A stretch of 15,654 nt of DNA from a candidate division WOR-3 bacterium (GTDB lineage: Bacteria > Hydrothermota > Tepidihabitantia > SM23-42 > JAOAFX01): contig JBDRWI010000053.1 in NCBI GenBank assembly GCA_039802265.1, positions 1 to 15,654 of the forward strand, given 5' to 3'. Made by a program: the position numbers and the translations under genes. Of this stretch, positions 1 to 5,895 are shown piece by piece (within the stretch, counting starts at the first letter, position 1; the number at the start of each line of letters is the position of its first letter). Below the pieces are notes generated by a model, which did not search any database, was not told where the DNA came from, and saw only the letters and a list, made by a program, of their open reading frames with translations.

Positions 1-267
1 ATTGCATAGTTAAATCCCAAAATCCAGATAAAGTAGCGCAGGATCGTTTCACTCGCAGAATTGCTGCGCTTGCTAATTGAGATAAAATCCTCACGGATTA
101 ACTCCTAAAAACTCGTTGGTCGTTGGACGGTTGCGAAAAGCGCATCGTTGCGCGGTTTCGTTAGTCGGATAAGAGTCTGACGACTTAACTACAAGAGATA
201 AAAGCCAGAAAGGTAGAGGATATTCTGTCATTAGCATCGAGCACTGCGGATTTGCCACATATATTTC

Positions 268-696
268 TCACACATTCAGAAATTTCAAAGCGAAATTGTA
301 AAATGATGTTGCATTATCAAGAATATCCTGCGCTGATTCTTTAGCATAGATATATCCATAATCGGCATCTTCACGAAGGTCCATTGCAGTCCGTAAATTA
401 TCAAGATGTTTAGATGGCATTTCTCTTTTATTTACAAGTAACTCCTGCAATGCAATCAATAAACAACGATGGCTCTTTTCACGATAACCTTTTCGAAAAA
501 TCAGCGCCCTTGCACAATGGAACATTGCATAATACCCTTGAATAGTAGCCCACTTTGCATCGCCAGCTTTCAAAGATTGCCTTGCTCTCTCAAGGTCATA
601 AGCAGCAGCGTTAAGTTCCTTTCTTATCATCTTATCTGTTGCCTTGAATGGTTTCAACTTACCATCATCAAGACAATTTTGAAATTCTTTATTCAT
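268..696 (-). CDS. HEPN domain protein (UPF0332/COG1895-like), putative toxin of an MNT-HEPN pair
   Basis: Motifs GYYAMFHCARAL, REKSH and REDADY are typical of this HEPN group. The start is placed at ATG 696 (MNKEF), which has GGGAGA upstream and overlaps the MNT stop by 8 bp (ATGAATAA). Confidence 0.85.
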   Translation of the reverse strand: MNKEFQNCLDDGKLKPFKATDKMIRKELNAAAYDLERARQSLKAGDAKWATIQGYYAMFHCARALIFRKGYREKSHRCLLIALQELLVNKREMPSKHLDNLRTAMDLREDADYGYIYAKESAQDILDNATSFYNFALKFLNV

Positions 697-1210
697 TCTT
701 CTCCCAGAGCACAATACCTCTTGTAATCTGTTCAAACAAAGAAGGGTCTTTTTTCTTCAAACTGGAAAATTCAATACTGTTCATAACTACAGGCACAATC
801 CTGGTATTTTTAGCGAGAATTTTTCTAACCCGGGTTGCGTCGTTTGTTATGACCAGAAGGTCAATATCACTCTCAGAAGTATCTTCCCCCTTTGCCGAAC
901 TGCCAAATAGTATTACCCGACGCGCACTATCTCCCAATTTCTTGACGAGTGGCATTAGCGACGATGTGGTAAACAATATCTTCAATTGCTTTATTACAGG
1001 ATTACCTGAATCAATCTGATAAAATTTCATACGACCTTTTCTATTGCAATAAATCAGACCATCTTTTGAAAGTTCATTTAATACCCGACTGGTAAAACCC
1101 AGACTTAAACCGGTCTTTCGTGAAACTTCGCGCATATGGACATCTTTATCCGCCTCTATCAAAAATTTAAGAATGGTTAGGGGTGATTTTTTGTTCATCC
1201 AGGTGAACAT
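689..1210 (-). CDS. Winged-HTH plus minimal nucleotidyltransferase (MNT), putative antitoxin
   Basis: N-terminal HTH (VHMREVSRKTGLSLGFTSRVLNELSKDGLI) and C-terminal GS-x10-DxD motif (FGSSAKGEDTSESDIDLLVI). GGAGA RBS upstream; translationally coupled to the HEPN gene. Confidence 0.88.
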   Translation of the reverse strand: MFTWMNKKSPLTILKFLIEADKDVHMREVSRKTGLSLGFTSRVLNELSKDGLIYCNRKGRMKFYQIDSGNPVIKQLKILFTTSSLMPLVKKLGDSARRVILFGSSAKGEDTSESDIDLLVITNDATRVRKILAKNTRIVPVVMNSIEFSSLKKKDPSLFEQITRGIVLWEKNE

Positions 1211-1229
1211 GTGTTCATCTCCATGAACA
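1192..1229. promoter_or_regulatory. Two tandem palindromic operators TGTTCA-N6-TGAACA over the MNT start codon and RBS
   Basis: Perfect 6-bp arms at 1192-1209 and 1212-1229, with a 20-bp period. Confidence 0.75.
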
Positions 1230-1257
1230 ATTATCTATATCCAACGGGAAAAGCCAA
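1230..1257 (-). promoter_or_regulatory. Putative sigma70 promoter of the MNT-HEPN operon (TTGGCT-16-GATAAT)
   Basis: -35 at 1252-1257 and -10 at 1230-1235, directly abutting the operators. The match to consensus is imperfect. Confidence 0.45.
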
Positions 1258-1278
1258 GGGCATCGGAGTTTCGGAGGG

Positions 1279-1381
1279 ACGGAGGAAAGGCATTGCGGAT
1301 TTCGGATTGCGGAATGCGGATTTGACAAGATACAAAATACGGAGGAAAGGCATTTCGGATTTCGGATTGCGAATTGCGGAA
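1279..1381 (+). repeat. Heptamer tandem tract (ATTGCGG/ATTTCGG family) within a 42-bp duplication
   Basis: 1279-1320 and 1339-1380 match with 3 mismatches; each is ACGGAGGAAAGGC followed by heptamer units. Confidence 0.85.
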
Positions 1382-1558
1382 TGAGAAAAAAAGATAGGCT
1401 ACCGCTATCGTCAGTTCCACGCTGACATCCACAGAGGCGGGCTGATCCCCTGTGCCCGACAAGGGCGCTCTGTTCATATATCCGCCAGAAATCTTAAAAA
1501 AACTGCTACCCCAGGGGTAGAGTTTTTAAGTTCAATCAACAGGGGTCATTAATATAAT
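1382..1558 (-). ncRNA. Candidate structured RNA or leader, copy A
   Basis: Lies downstream of a consensus promoter. Ends in hairpin GTCAG-CGTGGAA-CTGAC, then hairpin GATAG-CGGTAGC-CTATC plus T7. 1382-1423 is identical to 3154-3195, with patchy homology out to ~1497. Confidence 0.5.
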
Positions 1559-1564
1559 TGGAAA

Positions 1565-1592
1565 ATTATATTGAAAATAAAAGAAATGTCAA
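1565..1592 (-). promoter_or_regulatory. Sigma70 promoter TTGACA-16-TATAAT
   Basis: Perfect -35 at 1587-1592 and -10 at 1565-1570, pointing into RNA-like element copy A. Confidence 0.75.
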
Positions 1593-1621
1593 GGTAAAAA
1601 GAGAGACTGGATGCTGGAAAG

Positions 1622-1684
1622 GGCATTTTGAATTGCGGATTGCGAATTGTGAAAACGACATTTCGAATTGCATAGTTAAATCCC
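1622..1684 (+). repeat. Heptamer tract plus 18-bp motif ATTGCATAGTTAAATCCC, which also occurs at 1-18
   Basis: Degenerate ATTGCGG/ATTTCGA units at 1622-1671; exact 18-bp match between 1667-1684 and 1-18. Confidence 0.8.
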
Positions 1685-1699
1685 GAATTTTTAAGCAAA

Positions 1700-2986
1700 T
1701 TAGTTTGTCATTATTAACCATTTTACAAATGGTATAGTTTTAATTTTAATTCCATTTAACTCTTCTTCAAATTCCTGATCTTTAGTAATTATAAAGCCTT
1801 TCTTTTTCTTTAACATTTTACAGGCTTCAATCAAACCATTATACTCACGCCCTCTATTTTCATCTGTTATCTCCCAAGTAACCTGGAGCGGTTCAAAAAT
1901 TCTCCCGGATTTCTTTATGATAAAATCACATTCATATTCAGCAGCGTTATAATAAATTTCATATCCATTTCTTATTAATTCCAAAAAGACTATATTTTCA
2001 AGGGCACGCCCCCAATCAAATGATTTTGTCCTTGAAGCAATGCCAATATCAACAAGATATACCTTTGCCGGGTTTCTCAAACGCCTATATGAAGACGGAG
2101 AAAACACCCTTGTCTCAAAGGTTAGCATAGATTGAATAAATGCGCGATAATAGGTAAAGATAGATGATTTTGAAAGCGGAAATCTGCCTTTAAATTGTTT
2201 GTAGAATGCCAATCCTGAAAATTTTGAACTGAAATTAGCGAACAAATTTTCCCTTAAAGCCTCCAAGAGATTGAGATTATTTATGTTGAATTGCTCAACC
2301 AAATCTTTAAAAAACATTGCATTTAAATATTGATATAATATCTTTTGTTTATCAAAATCACTCTTTGCAAATACTACTTCAGGAAAACCACCATATTTGA
2401 GATATTCAAGTAAATATCTACTGAGCATCATCTTCTCCTTACCATACAGAATGCTTTTATCAAGAACAATACCCTGCGCCATCAAAAACTCTCTGAAAGA
2501 GAAAGGAAATAGAGGAACAGCCCATTCCCTGCCACGGAGTGAACTGCTTATATTCTGGGGATTAATTTTTGATGATGAACCTGCCACATAAAGAGTGATC
2601 GCCTCCCTTTCAACAAGACGTCGGGCATACCTCTCCCACTCTAAAACATTTTGAATCTCATCAAATAGAAAAATGACATCCTTTTTATATAACAGATGCG
2701 GATACAGTTCAAAAAAACTTTCCCTTATTTTATCAAGTTCGCTGATAGCAATACCATTCAGTCTTTCATCCTCAAAATCAATGTAAAGTGCGCGACCTTT
2801 ATTTTGTTTAAAAAGTTCGTATAAGACAAAGGTCTTACCACTGCGCCGAACTCCATAAATCACATTAACTTTTTTCAATCGCGTGGTGATTGGTAAACCC
2901 TGGCGTGGCAATATCTTACTGATTTGATTATTGATGAATTGCTCGTTTGATTTAATAATTTCTTTTATTGTTTCTTTGCTTATCAT
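1700..2986 (-). CDS. AAA_14 ATPase with C-terminal DUF4143 (COG1373-like)
   Basis: Walker A GVRRSGKT, Walker B FLFDEIQ, AGSSS, GGFPE, KVYLVDIG, ENIVFLEL and ECDFII..LQV nuclease-fold motifs; 428 aa. Confidence 0.92.
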   Translation of the reverse strand: MISKETIKEIIKSNEQFINNQISKILPRQGLPITTRLKKVNVIYGVRRSGKTFVLYELFKQNKGRALYIDFEDERLNGIAISELDKIRESFFELYPHLLYKKDVIFLFDEIQNVLEWERYARRLVEREAITLYVAGSSSKINPQNISSSLRGREWAVPLFPFSFREFLMAQGIVLDKSILYGKEKMMLSRYLLEYLKYGGFPEVVFAKSDFDKQKILYQYLNAMFFKDLVEQFNINNLNLLEALRENLFANFSSKFSGLAFYKQFKGRFPLSKSSIFTYYRAFIQSMLTFETRVFSPSSYRRLRNPAKVYLVDIGIASRTKSFDWGRALENIVFLELIRNGYEIYYNAAEYECDFIIKKSGRIFEPLQVTWEITDENRGREYNGLIEACKMLKKKKGFIITKDQEFEEELNGIKIKTIPFVKWLIMTN

Positions 2987-2989
2987 TTT

Positions 2990-3041
2990 TGTCCTTTTCC
3001 AAGGGACATTTTACTGAAAATTTGTCCTTTTGTCAAGGACG
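2990..3041 (-). promoter_or_regulatory. Promoter TTGACA-17-TAAAAT with two palindromic operators GTCCTT-N5-A(A/G)GGAC
   Basis: -35 at 3031-3036 and -10 at 3008-3013. Operators at 2990-3008 (covers +1 and RBS) and 3023-3041 (covers -35), 33 bp apart. Confidence 0.72.
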
Positions 3042-3062
3042 AAGAGATATCTGGTCGGTATG

Positions 3063-3155
3063 ACGGAATTGCGGATTGCGAAGACGGCATTTCGGATTTC
3101 GAATTTCGGATTGCGGAATGCGGATTGCGGAAACGGCATTTCGGATTGCGGATTG
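3063..3155 (+). repeat. Heptamer tandem tract (ATTGCGG/ATTTCGG family)
   Basis: About a dozen degenerate heptamer units interrupted by ACGGC, in the same orientation as the tracts at 1279-1381 and 1622-1671. Confidence 0.85.
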
Positions 3156-3292
3156 AGAAAAAAAGATAGGCTACCGCTATCGTCAGTTCCACGCTAAATT
3201 GAGTAACAGGCTGACTCCTTCTGCCTCAAAAAGGACGCAGTGCCCATCTCTATAAAAGAAAATCTTAATATAGAGGCAGCAACATTACTTAT
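3154..3292 (-). ncRNA. Candidate structured RNA or leader, copy B
   Basis: 3154-3195 is identical to 1382-1423. Upstream blocks TTAAGATTT, GCG(T/C)CCTT, GGCA and TCAGCC are shared with copy A. Same terminal hairpin plus T7. Confidence 0.5.
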
Positions 3293-3297
3293 TATAG

Positions 3298-3326
3298 ATA
3301 TTATATAAAAAATGTAAATATGTCAA
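3298..3326 (-). promoter_or_regulatory. Sigma70 promoter (TTGACA with TAATAT at 17 bp or TATAAT at 15 bp)
   Basis: -35 at 3321-3326; equivalent position to the promoter of copy A. Confidence 0.65.
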
Positions 3327-3338
3327 GGCAAATGAAAT

Positions 3339-3593
3339 CTGAGTCCTCTCCACATTTTTTAAAACTCAAATGCACAATATTTGAAAGGATTGTGGATTTT
3401 CAATATTCTACATTAAAATTAAATTGAATAACCTGTAAATAACCGAAATAATAAATGTCTCCCCTCCCTTGATGGGAGGGGATAATGGGGAGGGTGATTA
3501 TTTCAGGTTTTTCCCACCCCCACCCTGAAATGAATTCAGGGCAGGCTCTTTTTCCTCCCCCATGAAAGGGGGAGGAAAGTGGAGAGGAGTCAG
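3339..3593. mobile_element. Non-autonomous IS4-family (IS50/Tn5-like) MITE, 255 bp
   Basis: 15-bp terminal inverted repeats CTGA(G/C)TCCTCTCCAC at 3339-3353 and 3579-3593. Perfect 9-bp flanking direct repeat AAATGAAAT at 3330-3338 and 3594-3602. No transposase ORF inside. Confidence 0.8.
3460..3578. repeat. Inverted pair of BoxC/REP-like GC-rich hairpin repeats inside the MITE
   Basis: Hairpins TCCCCTCCC-N5-GGGAGGGGA (3460-3482) and TTTCCTCCCCC-N6-GGGGGAGGAAA (3551-3578) with GGGGAGGGTG / CCCACCCCCACC tails; related to 14787-14872. Confidence 0.7.
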
Positions 3594-3635
3594 AAATGAA
3601 ATATCAAAAGAGTGAAAGGAAGATTCAAAATGAAC

Positions 3636-5315
3636 CTATCTCAAAAGAATTATCTCTTCTCCCCTTTTAAACCCTCCAGCCTCTAATCTTAAAAGATAAA
3701 CACCCGCAGGTAAACGTCGGTTTCTGTCATCGCAACCATCCCAGACAACCGATCCCCGCTCACCGTTTAACTTTAGTGGAGAGAATTTCTTAACCAGTCT
3801 CCCGGATACATCGTAAATCTTTAAAGTAGCAACTATAGAGGAGTGAGTAGCAAGATTGAAATTTGGGACCTGGTATTTAATCACGCATTGATTGGGGAAG
3901 GGATTAGGAGAGATTGTCAGGTAACCCGACTTTGCACCAATTCTTCTATTTTCAGTAACGACCTGGAGTGTTGCCTTGAATTTGACCGTGCCAATGTCAT
4001 AATAGGTGGGAGCGCTCAATGTCCTGCCGGTGATTGCCAGTTCACCGGAAATGGGATGGGCAGCAAGTGCCAGGCAGTAGTCAAGCGAGTCAGAAAAATC
4101 GTAGGTGACTGCCCATTGTAATGTTCCAGATGAATCATACATTAAGGCGATGTAGTCGTTATAGGTTGTTATGCCTCTGCTGGTTCCTCCAATATAAATG
4201 TTGGCATACTGGTCCATTGCCATACACTTTCCGCCGACCTCATCTGACGGTGTGTCATAGTTATTTGCTGGTCCGTTATACCTCTGGACCCATTGCTCAT
4301 TGCCGTTTGCATCATATTTTATGAGGACAATATCGGAGCCGCTACCCAGTCCCTGGCTCTGACCAACAACATAGACATTCCCCGCATCATCCACCTTGAT
4401 TCCATAACCACCATCTGCACCACTCGTGTCCGGATTATTATAGGTAACCGCCCACTCTTGATTTCCGAGCGAATCGTATTTTATGGTAATAATGTCCGTG
4501 GTCGTATTCAAATTGCGCACCGAACCAGTAATATACACATTACCACTTTGATCAACGCAAATATCCCGCGCCTGGTCAGAACTATCGGCAGTTCCGTTAT
4601 AAGTCCTGACCCAGATTGTATCTCCAGTCTGGGCATTGAGTTTTGCAGTCAGGCAGTCATATCTTGTACCCGTTGCATAGGGATTTACATAGCCGGTGAC
4701 ATAGACATAGCCCTGATTATCCGCAATTACCTTGTGCCCCTTGTCATTGTAGTTGCCTGAACCATTTATGCGATTGACCCACAACTGATTGCCACTGGAA
4801 TCATATTTGACTGTTGCAATATCGTCCTGATATGATGCACCCCGGCTGTAGCCGGTGACATAGACATTCTCCTGGGAATCAATACACACCCAGTGGGCAA
4901 AGTCGTAGCCATTGCCGGTGCCGTTATATCGCCTTGTCCAGACAGTATCACCGTTTGACCGATATTTAATGGTGAGATAGTCTCCAGCACCTGAGCTCAT
5001 TGTATAACCGGTGAGATATAAACTGCCCGAAGGGGCAACAACGATGGAACTTGCTCTTTCATTGGCTGAACCCGGACTTACGAAATTCCTGACCCAGACA
5101 GTATCACCGGAAAGATTATATTTTATCGTGGTCCAGTCATTTCCCGTGCCCGAAGTTTCCGTGGTACCGGTGACATAGACATAGCCGGAATCGTCCATTG
5201 CAATGGCATAGCCCCAGTCTGACATTGCCCCGGGGCTGGTCCAACGATTTGCCCAGAGTGTATCAACCTGGGCAAAGATGATTGGTATCAATGCAAGACT
5301 AAAAAAGACTGCCAT
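3636..5315 (-). CDS. Secreted SBBP-type beta-propeller repeat protein with C-terminal T9SS-CTD/FlgD Ig-like domain
   Basis: Start moved to ATG 5315 (GAGGAGG RBS, short signal peptide MAVFFSLALIPIIFAQ). About eight repeats of the type D-x-x-GNVYVTG...TIKYD..G...W..RYNG. Tail ISPNPF...LKIYDVSGRLVK...VWDG.D...LPAGVYLLRL. Confidence 0.88.
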   Translation of the reverse strand: MAVFFSLALIPIIFAQVDTLWANRWTSPGAMSDWGYAIAMDDSGYVYVTGTTETSGTGNDWTTIKYNLSGDTVWVRNFVSPGSANERASSIVVAPSGSLYLTGYTMSSGAGDYLTIKYRSNGDTVWTRRYNGTGNGYDFAHWVCIDSQENVYVTGYSRGASYQDDIATVKYDSSGNQLWVNRINGSGNYNDKGHKVIADNQGYVYVTGYVNPYATGTRYDCLTAKLNAQTGDTIWVRTYNGTADSSDQARDICVDQSGNVYITGSVRNLNTTTDIITIKYDSLGNQEWAVTYNNPDTSGADGGYGIKVDDAGNVYVVGQSQGLGSGSDIVLIKYDANGNEQWVQRYNGPANNYDTPSDEVGGKCMAMDQYANIYIGGTSRGITTYNDYIALMYDSSGTLQWAVTYDFSDSLDYCLALAAHPISGELAITGRTLSAPTYYDIGTVKFKATLQVVTENRRIGAKSGYLTISPNPFPNQCVIKYQVPNFNLATHSSIVATLKIYDVSGRLVKKFSPLKLNGERGSVVWDGCDDRNRRLPAGVYLLRLEAGGFKRGEEIILLR

Positions 5316-5596
5316 AAAGGCCTCCTCGGATATATCAAATAAAAGGGTAAGATGGCTCAAAAAGGCTCAAGAAGTGAGAGAGGGCATAAATGGCAAGAAG
5401 GCAAAAATGGCAATCACTAACATCAGTAAGAAAGAAATTGACCATCGGTTTCGGTTTAGAAATGCGATATAGTTTAGTTATTGTACTTAGTAACCAACAA
5501 ACGACAACCAATAGACTAATCTCGTTTCCAAACCAAAACCTAAACCGTTTATCATATCTTGCCATGTTGAGCTTTGTTTACCTGCTATCCCCTTTT

Positions 5597-5605
5597 ATTT
5601 TACCA
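5597..5605 (-). promoter_or_regulatory. Possible extended -10 promoter TGGTAAAAT
   Basis: TG-n-TAAAAT on the minus strand, ~280 bp upstream of the beta-propeller gene; no clear -35. Confidence 0.3.
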
Positions 5606-5615
5606 TAAGTATTTC

Positions 5616-5649
5616 ACCCTCACCTTGTTCTTCTCCCTGAGGTGAGGGT
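5616..5649. repeat. BoxC/REP-like hairpin remnant
   Basis: ACCCTCACCT-N14-AGGTGAGGGT with perfect 10-bp arms; CACCCTCACCTT is shared with 14837-14846. Confidence 0.6.
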
Positions 5650-5895
5650 TGTGCAATACTCCTTACCAATATCATCGGTATTGCCCTGAACTTCTACATC
5701 CATCTCCGCATGCATTTTGAGAATCTATGCCGAATCATACATAATGACCTCTTTAAGACCTGAGGTCGTGAACAGAACACAAGGAACAGTGGTAAGAAGG
5801 GATAAGATTAAAGACATAACGAAACATAAAACTCCGGTTAGATATAAGGGCAATTTGAGGCAATTAGGCATAAAATTTGGCATATAAACCAAATA

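Noticed and set aside
697..735. Longer N-terminus for the HEPN ORF
   Set aside because: It overlaps the MNT gene extensively; ATG 696 has an RBS and the typical coupled overlap.
1322..1327. Plus-strand TTGACA inside the repeat tract
   Set aside because: No -10 element at a suitable distance.
1279..1423. Possible CRISPR array
   Set aside because: Repeats are degenerate heptamers or two distant copies, with no regular repeat-spacer period and no cas genes in the window.
1235..1477. 80-aa ORF, and the similar 69-aa ORF at 2983-3192, sharing ELTIAVAYLFFS
   Set aside because: The shared peptide is just the translation of the 42-nt repeat, and the rest is heptamer-derived (IRNPQSEIRN-like). The start positions are not equivalent and there is no clear RBS. 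A short leader peptide cannot be fully excluded.
5335..5608. Small ORFs 5335-5565 (-), 5278-5472 (+) and 5390-5608 (+)
   Set aside because: They run through short tandem repeat remnants, with no recognisable domain and weak or no RBS.
5636..5766. 8-bp direct repeat CCTGAGGT flanking ~115 bp, as a possible IS remnant
   Set aside because: No terminal inverted repeats, each copy is part of a local hairpin, and there is no recognisable transposase fragment.
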